This document shows positions 23,307-34,317 of a stretch of DNA of 64,000 bases, piece by piece; the first letter of the stretch is position 1, and each line of letters starts with the position of its first letter. Position numbers and translations under genes: made by a program. The stretch is from the IMG/VR virus record IMGVR_UViG_2681813236_000004; one strand, written 5' to 3'. The DNA comes from an uncultured virus (IMG/VR IMGVR_UViG_2681813236_000004) (lineage: Duplodnaviria; Heunggongvirae; Uroviricota; Caudoviricetes). The notes beneath the pieces are model-generated. The model had not been told where the DNA came from and searched no databases. It worked only from the letters and a program-made list of their open reading frames with translations.

Positions 23307-23867
23307 TTAGTGCATGATATTTGCCATCTCATAAGCGTCAGCCAGCAACTCCATTTCTGATTTGTTCAGCAGAGTGAATTCTTTCTTGCCTCCTACCACG
23401 CCATCGGCATGAACAGGGACCAGCCAGGGGTATTTTTCTCTTACTTCAGCCGGTGCTGCATGCTGGTGGTGCCATCTACAAAGTGGCAATTGTTTTTTGT
23501 GACAACCCGGCGCGGTACGACCGGAGATATGGTGCAGAGACACCTCTTCAGATATTACTCCATGCATATAGCAGGCAATGCAGGGGAGAGCGCCAAGAGC
23601 ATTGGCGATGCGACGTTCCTCCGCCGTCGGTGTTCGCCCCTTCAAGCCCCGAGATTTTATTTTTACCGCGCTTTTCAGCGCTTTGCTGGCTGGCGGGCGT
23701 TCTTTCTGTTTAGCGATACGGCGATCGATAGCATCCCGGATTTTCTGATATTGCGATTCGCGCCAGGCCGGATCAGCCAACTTTTCCCGTTGCCGGGCGA
23801 TCGCTCGTTCTCTGGCTGCCTTCTGCCAATTACGGCGCTGTTCAATTTTTTGTTCGATTGTTTTCAT
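23307..23867 (-). CDS. ref: Ref, RecA-dependent HNH nuclease
   Basis: 186 aa, CIAC, HH, LCRWHH. Confidence 0.95.
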   Translation of the reverse strand: MKTIEQKIEQRRNWQKAARERAIARQREKLADPAWRESQYQKIRDAIDRRIAKQKERPPASKALKSAVKIKSRGLKGRTPTAEERRIANALGALPCIACYMHGVISEEVSLHHISGRTAPGCHKKQLPLCRWHHQHAAPAEVREKYPWLVPVHADGVVGGKKEFTLLNKSEMELLADAYEMANIMH

Positions 23868-23872
23868 AAGGT

Positions 23873-23898
23873 AAAAAAAAGGCGGCCTTTAGGCCGCC
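23873..23898 (-). terminator. attenuator terminator in the ref leader
   Basis: GGCGGCCT-a-AGGCCGCC plus T8 on minus strand just before ref ATG. Confidence 0.8.
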
Positions 23899-23965
23899 AA
23901 TGATTTCAAAGGAGTAGATAATGGCCATGTCTTCGTAGTTGACTAACGCCACGGCTTAATTATAA

Positions 23966-23982
23966 CAATCAATTAGAGCAAT
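23966..23982 (-). promoter_or_regulatory. C1 operator upstream of ref
   Basis: ATTGCTCTAATTGATTG. Confidence 0.85.
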
Positions 23983-24110
23983 GTCATGTTTTTTATCGTC
24001 AGTCGCATTTTTTCACTTTAGTATCTATGTGCTATACTCCTTTCTGATTGATTGGATGCGGAATACAATCTCCGCTATTTTGTGCAGCCTGGCCTCTTGC
24101 CAGGCTTTTT

Positions 24111-24422
24111 TTATTTCATCATGGAAGCTGTTAACGCTTTGGACTTTGCTGAACTGATTGAGAGGGCTTTGTCAACGTGCCCCAAAAATTCTCCAAACTC
24201 AGACATCACTTTAGCAAAACCGCGCCGTGCTTCTTCCTCGGTGGCATTCATCACGAAATGTTCAGCACTACGCATACTTCTGACAGGGAACGCAACGGAT
24301 ATTGAGTCAATATCAGGCATTCTATCGCTCAGCTTTACAGTGACAATGACGGCTGGCGACTGAATATTAGTGCTCACAGACAGCACTACATATTTTCCGT
24401 CGATGTTGAAATCCTTTCTCAT
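24111..24422 (-). CDS. c8: C8 lysogeny establishment protein
   Basis: 103 aa between cre and ref. Confidence 0.8.
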   Translation of the reverse strand: MRKDFNIDGKYVVLSVSTNIQSPAVIVTVKLSDRMPDIDSISVAFPVRSMRSAEHFVMNATEEEARRGFAKVMSEFGEFLGHVDKALSISSAKSKALTASMMK

Positions 24423-24438
24423 ATGTCGCCATAAATAT

Positions 24439-24455
24439 CAAAGAATTAGAGCAAT
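24439..24455 (-). promoter_or_regulatory. C1 operator upstream of c8
   Basis: ATTGCTCTAATTCTTTG. Confidence 0.8.
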
Positions 24456-24472
24456 CATTTACGCGTTAATGG

Positions 24473-25504
24473 CTAATCGCCACCTTCCAGCAGGCGCACC
24501 ATTGCCCCTGTTTCACTATCCAGGTTACGGATATAGTTCATGACAATATTTACGTTGGTCCAGCCACCAGCTTGCATGATCTCCGGTATTGAAACTCCGG
24601 CGCGGGCCATATCTCGCGCGGCTCCGACACGGGCACTGTGTCCAGACCAGGCCAGGTATCTCTGACCAGAGTCATCCTTAGCGCCGTAAATCAATCGATG
24701 AGTTGCTTCAAAAATCCCTTCCAGGGCGCGAGTTGATAGCTGGCTTGTGGCAGATGGCGCAGCTACGCCATTTTTTCTGACACGGCAAAACAAGTAGTTA
24801 TTCGGATCATCAGCCACACCAGAGACAGAAATCCATCGCTCGACCAGTTTAGTTACCCCCAGGCTAAGTGCCTTCTCTACACCCGCGGTACTAACCAGCG
24901 TTTTCGTTCTGCCAATATGGATTAACATTCTCCCACCGTCTGTACGTGAGATATCTTTAACCCTGATCCTGGCAATTTCGGCTATACGTAACAGGGTGTT
25001 ATAAGCAATCCCCAGAAATGCCAGATTACGTATATCCTGGCAGCGATCGCTATTTTCCATGAGTGAACGAACCTGGTCGAAATCAGTGCGTTCGAACGCC
25101 AGTGCCTGTTTTGCACGTTCACCGGCATCAACGTTTTCTTTTCGGATCCGTCGCATGACCAGTGAAACAGCATTGCTGTCACTTGGTCGTGGCAGCCCGG
25201 ACCGACGATGAAGCATGTTTAGCTGGCCCAAATGTTGCTGGATAGTTTTTACTGCCAGACCACGCGCCTGAAGATATAGAAGGTAATCGCGAACATCTTC
25301 AGGTTCTGCGGGAAACCATTTCCGGTTATTCAACTTGCACCATGCCGCCCACGACCGGCAAACGGACAGAAGCATTTTCCAGGTATGCTCAGAAAACGCC
25401 TGGCGATCCCTGAACATGTCCATCAGGTTCTTGCGAACCTCATCACTCGTTGCATCGACCGGTAATGCAGGCAAATTTTGGTGTACGGTCAGTAAATTGG
25501 ACAT
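24473..25504 (-). CDS. cre: Cre tyrosine recombinase
   Basis: 343 aa MSNLLTVHQNLPALPVDATSDEV, HSAR and catalytic Tyr in MNYIR. Confidence 0.99.
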   Translation of the reverse strand: MSNLLTVHQNLPALPVDATSDEVRKNLMDMFRDRQAFSEHTWKMLLSVCRSWAAWCKLNNRKWFPAEPEDVRDYLLYLQARGLAVKTIQQHLGQLNMLHRRSGLPRPSDSNAVSLVMRRIRKENVDAGERAKQALAFERTDFDQVRSLMENSDRCQDIRNLAFLGIAYNTLLRIAEIARIRVKDISRTDGGRMLIHIGRTKTLVSTAGVEKALSLGVTKLVERWISVSGVADDPNNYLFCRVRKNGVAAPSATSQLSTRALEGIFEATHRLIYGAKDDSGQRYLAWSGHSARVGAARDMARAGVSIPEIMQAGGWTNVNIVMNYIRNLDSETGAMVRLLEGGD

Positions 25505-25511
25505 TTAACAC

Positions 25512-25733
25512 TCAGATAATGGTTTTAAGTAAAGTGTACAGGATCGGCTCTGCCTTTACCTGTTTATGGTTCTCGTCATAGAAACGCCAGCGACCGCGCG
25601 TGCGTTCTATTTTCTCTTCACCGCGCGATAATGACAGTTGACAACTATCACGATCAAACCCTTTTGCCCGCCAGTAACCACGGTTTTTCTCAAGCTCAAT
25701 ATGAGTGGACACTTTAGCAGCTGAATATCCCAT
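25512..25733 (-). CDS. cra: Cra, cre-associated protein
   Basis: 73 aa upstream of cre. Confidence 0.85.
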   Translation of the reverse strand: MGYSAAKVSTHIELEKNRGYWRAKGFDRDSCQLSLSRGEEKIERTRGRWRFYDENHKQVKAEPILYTLLKTII

Positions 25734-25874
25734 TTTTCACCTCTGATTGATTGGTGGTGCTAAGTGCGCTACGCGAAATCTGGAGCACTAACACTGCCAA
25801 CATTTCGCAGATTTTACGTAGCGCAACCTTGATCAAATGATCAAGTGATCACTATTTGACCTGATAAGGTATTG

Positions 25875-25894
25875 AACTGTATGGATTTACAGGT
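25875..25894. promoter_or_regulatory. candidate LexA box upstream of cra-cre
   Basis: CTG-TATGGATTTA-CAG (CTG-N10-CAG). Confidence 0.55.
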
Positions 25895-25922
25895 AAATTG
25901 ATCATGTTCAATAACCCTTAAG

Positions 25923-25956
25923 ATAACTTCGTATAATGTATGCTATACGAAGTTAT
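25923..25956. other. loxP: loxP site
   Basis: ATAACTTCGTATA-ATGTATGC-TATACGAAGTTAT exact. Confidence 0.99.
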
Positions 25957-25999
25957 TAGGTCCGAAGAGGAGTTTACGTCCAGCTGCGCATAAAAATCA

Positions 26000-26016
26000 A
26001 TAATTATTAGAGCAAT
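26000..26016 (-). promoter_or_regulatory. C1 operator (immC)
   Basis: ATTGCTCTAATAATTAT. Confidence 0.85.
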
Positions 26017-26076
26017 AAATTTTGAGAGAAAAATCCCACTCCACCAGCCAAAAACTGGATTGTTTTTCATAGTTGT

Positions 26077-26103
26077 TTGACAATTGCTCTAATAAATTAT
26101 AGT
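26077..26103 (+). promoter_or_regulatory. coi promoter with embedded C1 operator
   Basis: TTGACA then ATTGCTCTAATAAATTA and TATAGT. Confidence 0.85.
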
Positions 26104-26337
26104 TTTGCCGCCGTTTCGTAATACGACTTTGGATTCACTATTTAATGTGTCTTCAGCGTTGTAGAGCGGCTCAGAAGGAAATGAGCAAACAGGGAAACCT
26201 TATACAACGGCATTACAGCTATGCATTGCTCATCTTACACACAGCGCAATGTTGTTAGATTACCCCAGCATGGATCATGGGTGAAACAGTAGGTCAGAGC
26301 TTCAGGCTCTGTGTTGTCAATACAGTGAGGCATAATT

Positions 26338-26547
26338 ATGGCTTTCATTCCACCAACCATCGACGACGTTAGACATTGCTCTAACGCTTTATCTGTAGAC
26401 CCCGCCGAAACCGACGCTGCCCGCGCCATTGCTGAACACTACTCAAAGATATCCAATCAGGAGTACCGCATCACCCAAGACGACCTGGATGATCTCACTG
26501 ACACAATCGAATATCTCATGGCCACTAACCAGCCAGACTCACAATAA
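26338..26547 (+). CDS. coi: Coi, C1 inactivator; contains operator-like 26375-26391
   Basis: 69 aa acidic, upstream of c1. Confidence 0.93.
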   Translation: MAFIPPTIDDVRHCSNALSVDPAETDAARAIAEHYSKISNQEYRITQDDLDDLTDTIEYLMATNQPDSQ

Positions 26548-26563
26548 ATGCACTAATAAATCT
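26547..26563 (+). promoter_or_regulatory. C1 operator at the c1 promoter
   Basis: AATGCACTAATAAATCT; TATAAT at 26585; long hairpin 26593-26635 in the c1 leader. Confidence 0.75.
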
Positions 26564-26657
26564 ATTATTTTCGTTGGATCCTTCTATAATGGTGGCCAAC
26601 AACTCCCAGCGTAATCCGCTGTGAGTTGTTGGCCATGTCAATTCTGGAGGAGGATCA

Positions 26658-27509
26658 ATGATAAATTATGTCTACGGCGAACAACTGTACCAGGAGTTCG
26701 TCAGTTTCAGGGATCTCTTTCTAAAAAAAGCTGTTGCACGCGCCCAACACGTTGATGCCGCCAGCGACGGTCGTCCTGTTCGCCCGGTTGTCGTTCTGCC
26801 GTTCAAAGAAACGGACAGCATTCAAGCTGAAATTGATAAATGGACTTTAATGGCGCGGGAACTGGAACAGTACCCAGACCTCAATATCCCAAAGACTATT
26901 TTATATCCAGTGCCTAACATCCTTCGCGGTGTGCGTAAGGTTACAACTTATCAGACAGAAGCTGTGAACAGCGTCAACATGACCGCTGGCCGCATTATTC
27001 ATCTGATTGATAAGGACATTCGCATCCAGAAAAGCGCGGGGATCAATGAGCACAGTGCGAAATACATAGAGAACCTGGAAGCAACAAAAGAGCTAATGAA
27101 GCAGTACCCGGAGGATGAAAAATTCCGTATGCGTGTACACGGCTTTAGCGAAACAATGCTGCGCGTCCATTACATTTCCAGTAGCCCTAACTACAATGAT
27201 GGTAAATCAGTTAGTTACCATGTGCCGCTGTGTGGTGTGTTTATCTGCGATGAAACTCTCCGTGATGGAATCATCATCAACGGTGAATTCGAGAAAGCAA
27301 AATTTAGCCTTTATGACTCTATAGAACCGATCATCTGCGACCGCTGGCCGCAGGCAAAAATATATCGCCTGGCAGATATTGAAAATGTAAAAAAACAAAT
27401 TGCCATCACTCGCGAAGAGAAAAAGGTCAAATCAGCCGCATCAGTTACGCGCAGCCGTAAAACTAAGAAGGGGCAGCCAGTAAACGACAACCCCGAAAGC
27501 GCGCAATAG
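26658..27509 (+). CDS. c1: C1 primary repressor
   Basis: 283 aa MINYVYGEQLYQEF. Confidence 0.96.
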   Translation: MINYVYGEQLYQEFVSFRDLFLKKAVARAQHVDAASDGRPVRPVVVLPFKETDSIQAEIDKWTLMARELEQYPDLNIPKTILYPVPNILRGVRKVTTYQTEAVNSVNMTAGRIIHLIDKDIRIQKSAGINEHSAKYIENLEATKELMKQYPEDEKFRMRVHGFSETMLRVHYISSSPNYNDGKSVSYHVPLCGVFICDETLRDGIIINGEFEKAKFSLYDSIEPIICDRWPQAKIYRLADIENVKKQIAITREEKKVKSAASVTRSRKTKKGQPVNDNPESAQ

Positions 27510-27533
27510 TTTCTATCCGGCATGGTCAATGAG

Positions 27534-29018
27534 TTATTCATTAAGCCATGCCAGAGCTTCATCAACCTGCGCTTCGTCTTCGACGCTAAGCACTTCATCC
27601 TGGGGAACATAATCCGCCAGCATAGCGAAACAATATGTATCCCAATGGTCTGGTGAGTGCAGGTTGAGTTTTTTCTTCATATCCTCCTTACTCATCACCT
27701 TCCATTGACCTGCGGAGTTAATCCCTACAGGGATTTTCGACGCTTCCTCAATAGTTTCATTACCCTTATCCAGTCTCATACGACCAGATTTTACGGCCTC
27801 TGCGGCTTGAACGTTGGCATAAGCACGTTTATCAAAGTACAGGCTCTTATCTTCACGGCTATGCATCTTTTTACCCCAGCGTATACGCTGTACGGTAATA
27901 CCATAATACTCGTACATCAGATCCGCCGTTGCTTTACCCAGGCCATCGCCGTCTATCGCTATGGTGATATTTGGGAATCGCTCAGGATTACATTCTGCGA
28001 AAATTTTGGCGGCAAGCTGCGTTTCTGTAACGTCTGTGTATTCCAGCATTCGATAGTTGATTACACGGCGTTTATTTCGCTGGCCGGACACCATCATGAT
28101 ATTGATAACGGACTTATCCCGTCCCGTACCACCAGCAACGTCCACACATGCAAGCCAGCCCCATCCCTTTGCAATCTTGACTTTCCGCCTCGTTGCACGT
28201 TCAACCTCATCACGTCCAAGAAGGAAGCCATCCTGTGATTTAGGGAATAGGCCGCGTACCTTAATCATGTACATAGGGTTATCACGCCCGCCGTACTCCG
28301 CCAGCTTCATTTTGATAAATGCTGGCGTTACCAGCGGTGATTCCTCACTGTTAAGCGTGATCGCCGTATAAACGCCATCAGGGTTACCAGGACGCTTGGC
28401 CAGTTTATGGTGAGTATCGTAGAAATAGCCGCTTGGGCGTGTAGGCTGTGACAGTAATAAGATGCGGTTATCCTGTCCGGTAAGAGCACCGGTGATGATA
28501 CCGAAAGCTCTATCACTGACACCGGAGGCTTCATCGATAATATACAGAAGATGATCTGCGTGTTCACCGGCGAGAGCTTCTTCACTTCCCAGACGAAAGC
28601 CCTTCGGTACTACAGTCCATACACCTTTACCAGTAACCTCATAGAAAGCGGTTTCTGTCAGAACAAAATAATCAGCAAGCCATGGAAAACGGCTGGTGGC
28701 AGTAGCCCAGTTTATCTTGATGTACTTGAAAATACCGGTCATTACCTGCTGAATTTTGTTCGCAACGATAATGGCGCGGGCACCGGGATACATGATTATG
28801 AACAACATGATCATGATAGAAGTCATGTCTGATTTCCCGGTACCGTGACCAGACGAAACAGATGTCTTGCTACCCTGTTCCTGCACAGACTCAATAATCA
28901 GATCCTGCTGCCAGGTAGGTGTTTTGCCGAACAAAACATCAGCGGCCGCAATCCAGTCATAACGATATAGCGCCACCAGCTCGCGCCAACGTGGATCCGT
29001 TACGCAACTTCTGGCCAT
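27534..29018 (-). CDS. pacB: pacase large subunit
   Basis: GHGTGKS Walker A, IIDEAS Walker B, DVAG nuclease motif. Confidence 0.96.
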   Translation of the reverse strand: MARSCVTDPRWRELVALYRYDWIAAADVLFGKTPTWQQDLIIESVQEQGSKTSVSSGHGTGKSDMTSIMIMLFIIMYPGARAIIVANKIQQVMTGIFKYIKINWATATSRFPWLADYFVLTETAFYEVTGKGVWTVVPKGFRLGSEEALAGEHADHLLYIIDEASGVSDRAFGIITGALTGQDNRILLLSQPTRPSGYFYDTHHKLAKRPGNPDGVYTAITLNSEESPLVTPAFIKMKLAEYGGRDNPMYMIKVRGLFPKSQDGFLLGRDEVERATRRKVKIAKGWGWLACVDVAGGTGRDKSVINIMMVSGQRNKRRVINYRMLEYTDVTETQLAAKIFAECNPERFPNITIAIDGDGLGKATADLMYEYYGITVQRIRWGKKMHSREDKSLYFDKRAYANVQAAEAVKSGRMRLDKGNETIEEASKIPVGINSAGQWKVMSKEDMKKKLNLHSPDHWDTYCFAMLADYVPQDEVLSVEDEAQVDEALAWLNE

Positions 29019-30211
29019 TAATCATCATCCCCGTATAGCTTGCGGGTAACTTCTTCGTCTTCCTCCTCGTCTTCGTCCAGGTCTTGTTCCAGCCATGGGT
29101 CGTTTGATACACCTTCAGTATCAACATCTCCATAACCGCCTGTATCAACGATATCGGCGATTTCTTCCCTACGCTGCTCAATCCACAATGCGGCATCGGC
29201 GCGGCGGTTGGCGGCCCGTTCTCGCGCAACTTTATCCAGATCTTCAAGAGAAGGGCCACCGACGGCTGTTTGCCTTTCCTCATCATCGGTATTGGTCTTA
29301 GGAGCACGCAGATCGGCTTTGATTTGCTCCAGCATCAGGGGTGGAACTTTCCCACCATGCGCCTCGATGAATTCAGCTGCTTCCAGCACTGACCAGTTAT
29401 TTTCACGCTTTCGTTCGTATGCCAGCTTAACAATGCCAGCTTGCCCCATAGACAAAGCGTGCTTTTCCGCCTCCCGGCTTTCTTTTCGATAGTTATTCCG
29501 GATGCTGTAAATGGTGTTGATCAGGCTGCTTATCTGCGCGGAACAGCTGTTTAGCATGCTCGCGATACGGTATTCAGGCGGAGTACCTTCATCATCGTCT
29601 TTTTGCTGATCGCGCATTTCCTGCACCAGGCGAATACACGTATCCCTGGCGTTCTCCAGCATAAGGAGATGAGAAAGAGACTTTTCAAGAAGAGTGGTTT
29701 CCAGAACATCGGCCCCGGACCGACGCAACATAGCGCGCGCGGCCTTCCGCGCTTCAACGTTATCTATCAGGTAATCGCCAGCTTCGAATTCAAAGCGTTC
29801 ACCATCATCATCCAGGGTGTCGCGTTCCAGGCGATCACGTAAGGTCCGGTGGGCGCGGGTGATCACGTCATGATCATCTGAACGATCATTTATGCGCTTA
29901 TTTTGGCGCTTCGCATTCTCGACTGCGGCACTGATAACGGCATTAACTCTCTGTTTTTCCGCTATTTCAGCCGCAATATGATCACCTGCATGTTGATCAT
30001 TAGAGTGATCAATGATCATGCTTTTTAGTGGCTTCCTGACTGGCTTATTTGGCTTGCGGCTGTCCGCAGTCCTGGAGTCTTCTTTGAAGGCACGGAGATA
30101 ACGACGTGCGGTATTAGGGTTAAGATTAAACTCGGCGGCATACTGTGCGATGGTGTAACCACCATCTCGCGCCAGGCGAGCAAAATTCTTCTTGTGATCG
30201 TCCCAGGTCAC
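29018..30211 (-). CDS. pacA: pacase small subunit
   Basis: 397 aa, N-terminal HTH, contains pac. Confidence 0.95.
   Translation of the reverse strand: MTWDDHKKNFARLARDGGYTIAQYAAEFNLNPNTARRYLRAFKEDSRTADSRKPNKPVRKPLKSMIIDHSNDQHAGDHIAAEIAEKQRVNAVISAAVENAKRQNKRINDRSDDHDVITRAHRTLRDRLERDTLDDDGERFEFEAGDYLIDNVEARKAARAMLRRSGADVLETTLLEKSLSHLLMLENARDTCIRLVQEMRDQQKDDDEGTPPEYRIASMLNSCSAQISSLINTIYSIRNNYRKESREAEKHALSMGQAGIVKLAYERKRENNWSVLEAAEFIEAHGGKVPPLMLEQIKADLRAPKTNTDDEERQTAVGGPSLEDLDKVARERAANRRADAALWIEQRREEIADIVDTGGYGDVDTEGVSNDPWLEQDLDEDEEEDEEVTRKLYGDDD
29860..30018. other. pac: pac site (clusters of three and four GATC hexamers)
   Basis: TGATCA/CGATCA at 29860, 29871, 29883 and 29979, 29994, 30006, 30013. 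Confidence 0.92.
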
Positions 30212-30246
30212 TTATGCTTCCTTTCGTAAAAACTCTTTTTGACGCG

Positions 30247-30265
30247 AGGGTAACGAAAGTCACAT
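30247..30265 (-). promoter_or_regulatory. late promoter of pacAB
   Basis: minus strand ATGTGACTT, 4 nt, TACCCT. Confidence 0.7.
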
Positions 30266-30296
30266 GTCAAAAGGCCCGGAACGGGCAAGCAATCAA

Positions 30297-30749
30297 TCAG
30301 ATACGTGCGGATGTGGCATTACCGTAATGACGGTGCTGACGGGCCACCTTATTGAAAAGTTGACGCGCCATTACCCAAGGCTGGTGCTCCCGGCGTTCCT
30401 TTTCGTCCTGCGTCATATAGAGTTCGTTCTGGAGTTTTTCATCAAACCGGCGCGGAGCGCGGCTACGGCGAAAGAATTCAGGATTCAGAGAGTGGATCTG
30501 AAATCTACGTGGGCGTGTACTGTCATCAATCAAAACAGACGAATACTTAGACACAGCGATAGCCTTTAAGCGCAGATAAACATCGCGCTTATCGACATCC
30601 AGATGCGGGTATTCCTTTTCAAGGATTGCTGCGAGTTCTTTCGCTGATAGAAGAGACTTAGTGCGGATCATGTAATCCGCAATCTCATACGATGTTATTC
30701 GTGAGTGATTTATTTCCATGAAGTGGCGTCCCTGCCAGTTAAGTAACAT
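30297..30749 (-). CDS. lpa: late promoter activator Lpa
   Basis: 150 aa upstream of pacA with C1 operator. Confidence 0.9.
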   Translation of the reverse strand: MLLNWQGRHFMEINHSRITSYEIADYMIRTKSLLSAKELAAILEKEYPHLDVDKRDVYLRLKAIAVSKYSSVLIDDSTRPRRFQIHSLNPEFFRRSRAPRRFDEKLQNELYMTQDEKERREHQPWVMARQLFNKVARQHRHYGNATSARI

Positions 30750-30819
30750 CCTGTCACCTACTGATTAGCCCATGTCAACTAATCAACGTGGAATATAATA
30801 CCCTCTATTAAAGAAATAG

Positions 30820-30836
30820 CAATACATTAGAGCAAT
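30820..30836 (-). promoter_or_regulatory. C1 operator upstream of lpa
   Basis: ATTGCTCTAATGTATTG. Confidence 0.85.
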
Positions 30837-30837
30837 T

Positions 30838-31881
30838 TTATCTAACGCTCGACGAGTGACTTGTGATAGCGCCGACTCCAAGCGCGTAATCAAAGAACAA
30901 TCGTTGATGCATCGCCAGCCTACCGTGCGTCTTCTCCCAATTATCGCGGTCACGCTCAATATCACGCTGGCATGACTGGCACAGAGGAATTGCGTAAATG
31001 TCATGCGCGCATAATCGACTATGACGAACGATATAAGGCGTAATGTGAGCGCCAGCTCCCGCCGCTCCACACCCACAGCATGGACGGGAAGCAACAAAGT
31101 CCATGTACTCAGGTAATTTTAGCGATTGCAGTTTTGGTATTTTGAAATGCGCCATGCCAGGGTCGGAGTCAACATCCACAGGGCATACTTTTGCACGCAT
31201 CGGCGCGGCGCGTTCTTCCATCATCTGAACATATGCTGTAGCGCGATCGTCATACGGGCGAATATCCGCCTCTTTCAGAGGTCCGCTAACCTGCGTTGCG
31301 GCTTTCATCTTATTTATTGATATACGGCAAACTTCTTCCGGCATCAGGTGCATCATGTTGCGCATGAAAGCCCACCAGCACAGTTCCTGAATACTTAAAT
31401 CATGGCCATCTGAAAGCCCCATTTCCTGACGGGCGACATCCAGTATCCAGTTAACGCGATTATTATGCAGCGTTTCTTTCAGCTCATTAAAACCACGCAT
31501 CCGGTAATGGTTATCGTGATGCCAGCACAACAACACCGCGCTATTGTCTCGTTCTGCGTGGACAATATGGTTGTCACACCAGCTACGATCTGCGGCCTGG
31601 CATTGCCCCTCTTTCCTGCGCAACCACGCCACCAGCGCGTCAATTCCACCAATACGGCGAAACAGTTCATCGCTGTTAAAAAACGGCTGCAACGCCTCAT
31701 TTGTTGCCATGGTTTGCTCGGTAACAACGAGGCCGTCTTCCATGTGCTCGATTAACTCACGCGGCACCGGCTCCATAATAAATTTACGGCCAGCCTCCAC
31801 CAGCTTTCTGACCTCCTGATCCACTTTGAACGTGGCGAGGCCAAGCTCTTTCTGTACAAAGGGAGTAATTACGGCTTTCAC
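30838..31881 (-). CDS. pdcB: PdcB, DUF968-like Zn-binding protein
   Basis: LCWHHDN, PCCGC, IPLCQSC; synteny. Confidence 0.8.
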   Translation of the reverse strand: MKAVITPFVQKELGLATFKVDQEVRKLVEAGRKFIMEPVPRELIEHMEDGLVVTEQTMATNEALQPFFNSDELFRRIGGIDALVAWLRRKEGQCQAADRSWCDNHIVHAERDNSAVLLCWHHDNHYRMRGFNELKETLHNNRVNWILDVARQEMGLSDGHDLSIQELCWWAFMRNMMHLMPEEVCRISINKMKAATQVSGPLKEADIRPYDDRATAYVQMMEERAAPMRAKVCPVDVDSDPGMAHFKIPKLQSLKLPEYMDFVASRPCCGCGAAGAGAHITPYIVRHSRLCAHDIYAIPLCQSCQRDIERDRDNWEKTHGRLAMHQRLFFDYALGVGAITSHSSSVR

Positions 31882-31908
31882 ATCACACCTTTAATCACTG
31901 ATTGGGCT

Positions 31909-32088
31909 TTATCTGCTGCCCGGCATTCTCTGTTTAAGCACTACCATTTCCTGACGGCATAACACAGCAATAGCGGTCCTAGCACCAATTTGCTTACCAA
32001 CCAGGTATTGCTTTACCTCGCGGCGACTCACGCCATCAAGAAGCATCTTTAACGCTTCACGGGACAATTTGTTGTATTTACGTGCCAT
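31909..32088 (-). CDS. pdcA: PdcA
   Basis: 59 aa after doc. Confidence 0.7.
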   Translation of the reverse strand: MARKYNKLSREALKMLLDGVSRREVKQYLVGKQIGARTAIAVLCRQEMVVLKQRMPGSR

Positions 32089-32092
32089 TAAT

Positions 32093-32473
32093 CTACTCCG
32101 CGGAACCATACAATCTACGTAACGTGTCGGCGACAGAAGATACAGATATCTCTCCGGTCGCAGCCCCTACGGTAAGGTCTGCCAGTTCAGGTGAATCAAA
32201 TACCTGCACCCCGTTACGGCGTAGAAATAACAGCGCACTGTTTAGCGCGGTACGCTTATTGGCATCATTGAATATATGCCCTCTCGCTGTAGCCACCAGG
32301 TAGGTGGCGGAGACTTCGAAAAGGTCGGTGATCTCTTCGTAGGCAACTCTGGCCTGAACTCTCCCGATAATGGCCTCTGCCCTACCCGGATCTGACATTC
32401 CCGGCAGGCCGCCGTAGCGGTTTATATTCGCATCATGAAGCGCAATAAGTTCTTCCGGTGATATATGCCTCAT
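32093..32473 (-). CDS. doc: Doc toxin (Fic family)
   Basis: HIFNDANKR motif, 126 aa. Confidence 0.98.
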   Translation of the reverse strand: MRHISPEELIALHDANINRYGGLPGMSDPGRAEAIIGRVQARVAYEEITDLFEVSATYLVATARGHIFNDANKRTALNSALLFLRRNGVQVFDSPELADLTVGAATGEISVSSVADTLRRLYGSAE

Positions 32474-32694
32474 TATCGGTTAACCAGTTCCTTGTTGGTG
32501 GAGTCCAGGGTGTCAAACAGGGATGCAAATTCAGCATCCAGCGCCGCTTTTTTGTAGGCTTCGAAAGTAGCCTTGCTGACAATTACTGCTGGCTCACGGC
32601 CTCTGCGGGTGATTTCAACCTCTTCCCCGGCTTCAACATTGTTGAGCACTTCAGAAAGGTTGCCGCGCGCGGTACGGAAGTTAATGGATTGCAT
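32473..32694 (-). CDS. phd: Phd antitoxin
   Basis: [17 protein letters not shown], 73 aa. Confidence 0.98.
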   Translation of the reverse strand: MQSINFRTARGNLSEVLNNVEAGEEVEITRRGREPAVIVSKATFEAYKKAALDAEFASLFDTLDSTNKELVNR

Positions 32695-32702
32695 AAACAC
32701 CT

Positions 32703-32725
32703 CGTGTACTCGTTATGTGTACACA
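32703..32725. promoter_or_regulatory. phd-doc operator palindromes
   Basis: CGTGTACTCG and TGTGTACACA. Confidence 0.85.
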
Positions 32726-32766
32726 ATTATAAACTTCACAGGCATAAAGCACCAGCACTTTGCAGC

Positions 32767-33156
32767 TTAAATGACCGGACAATCATCAAACTCCCCACTC
32801 CGGGCATCATTGATGACATGAGTGATCACACCAAAAACAGCATTACTACCCGTGTAACCATCGTCATCTACTGGTAACGCCTCTTTCTTCCCGGTGCTTA
32901 AATCCTCCAGGTGCTGGCGCGGATACTTTCGGTATCTCTTTATGCGATATTCACCCTCCATAGCGCACACAAGCAGAGAACCATCAACCGGAGTAAGCGA
33001 GGAATCAACCACCAGCAAAGCACCCTGCAATATTCCCTCACGGTGATGGCTATCAGCTGCCCGCATGAAGTAGGTTGCTGATGGATGCCTGATTAGTTGC
33101 TGATCAAGAGAAATTCGGCTTTCAACATAATCCGCCGCAGGAGAAGGGAAGCCCAT
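32767..33156 (-). CDS. humD: HumD, UmuD'-like protein
   Basis: MGFPSPAADYVE S24-like fold lacking the N-terminal arm. Confidence 0.93.
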   Translation of the reverse strand: MGFPSPAADYVESRISLDQQLIRHPSATYFMRAADSHHREGILQGALLVVDSSLTPVDGSLLVCAMEGEYRIKRYRKYPRQHLEDLSTGKKEALPVDDDGYTGSNAVFGVITHVINDARSGEFDDCPVI

Positions 33157-33175
33157 AGCGTTTTCACCTCAATAA

Positions 33176-33195
33176 TACTGTTCATTTATACAGTA
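33176..33195. promoter_or_regulatory. LexA SOS box
   Basis: TACTGTTCATTTATACAGTA upstream of humD. Confidence 0.92.
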
Positions 33196-33324
33196 TACAT
33201 TAAAGAGACACCTTTGGTGCAAACGCGTTACGTACATCAACCACCGCTGATGATTTTGTGCTCTTTGCTACTATTCATCACCAACGGATCAGCGTAACCT
33301 CGTTGCCAATCAGTTAATAAGGAG

Positions 33325-33603
33325 ATGCCGCAGCGACCGGATCATCAACAAGAAATTGTTGCTGAATTTTCCTCAAGGGATGAGATGAATCTCTTCTCAT
33401 TAAAGCAGGAAGAAAGGGATCGCGTCGAAGTGTCTCCAACTCTCGACCACAACCGGATGAACCTGGCCCAACTCGCCTAGCACAGCAAAGAATTAGAGAT
33501 GTCTATTGCCCGACTTGAAAACGAAAAAGCCGCTATCCAAGTCCAGCACGAAGTAGTTCTGAACCGGATTAGAGAAATGCAAAACGATAACAGGGGATTT
33601 TGA
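33325..33603 (+). pseudogene. amber-interrupted coiled-coil ORF, possible lxr remnant
   Basis: frame open 33325-33603 except TAG at 33478-33480; divergent from humD. Confidence 0.5.
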
Positions 33604-33960
33604 ATGGCTAAAGTCGAGTACCATCGCGATCGCGGTAATTACCTGGAAATATACGATCATGAATCTCTTAACGATATCAACGATGCGTTATATGAATACT
33701 GTGAAAAAACGAGCATCACAGATGCACCTGATGCATTTGTCGAGCTGCCGGTATATCTCCGCGACATCTATGCAATACGAACACCGCCCGTATCGGTGAT
33801 TCACATTGGCTATGTCCGCCTGTCCATCGAAGAAGATGAAGATCGTTATATCGTGCGCCACTATACATTGGACAGAAAAGAACTTCCTAATGAATGGAAC
33901 ATGAGTAATTTCTACAACGGTGAATATGGCTTAAAATCCGCTAATAATTTACGGTCATAA
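33604..33960 (+). CDS. hypothetical protein
   Basis: 118 aa, starts right after the previous stop. Confidence 0.7.
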   Translation: MAKVEYHRDRGNYLEIYDHESLNDINDALYEYCEKTSITDAPDAFVELPVYLRDIYAIRTPPVSVIHIGYVRLSIEEDEDRYIVRHYTLDRKELPNEWNMSNFYNGEYGLKSANNLRS

Positions 33961-34086
33961 TCTATACAGGCATGTATAACAACAACGAGCCTATTAGCTG
34001 TCAACAACATTATTTTCTCAAATAAGAAAAAGCAGAAAACAAATTGTTTAAGGTCACAAATTGTGGCCTTGATGGAGGAGGGAGGC

Positions 34087-34317
34087 TTATTGGCTATGGC
34101 TAAAAATCAAATTAGACACTTCATGTTGCTGTAGCTCATCAAGATCCGAGGCCACAAAACCTTTTCCGAAAAACTTCACAAGTAACTCACTAGCCGCATC
34201 ATTGTCACCTATTACACGAAAGTCATACGGCAACGTCGCAAGTTGACGATGTAATCCTGCTGAGAAAGTCGAATCTAACAGCGCCCAGAATTCCCACCGC
34301 AGGATAATACTCGCCTC
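34087..34317 (-). pseudogene. gene remnant with TOPRIM-like VIGDND motif
   Basis: startless open frame WALLDS...FRVIGDNDAAS...HSQ-stop. Confidence 0.35.

Noticed and set aside
22725..23360. 211-aa plus-strand ORF
   Set aside because: Antisense shadow of the DUF4145-like gene with Ser/Ile-rich composition.
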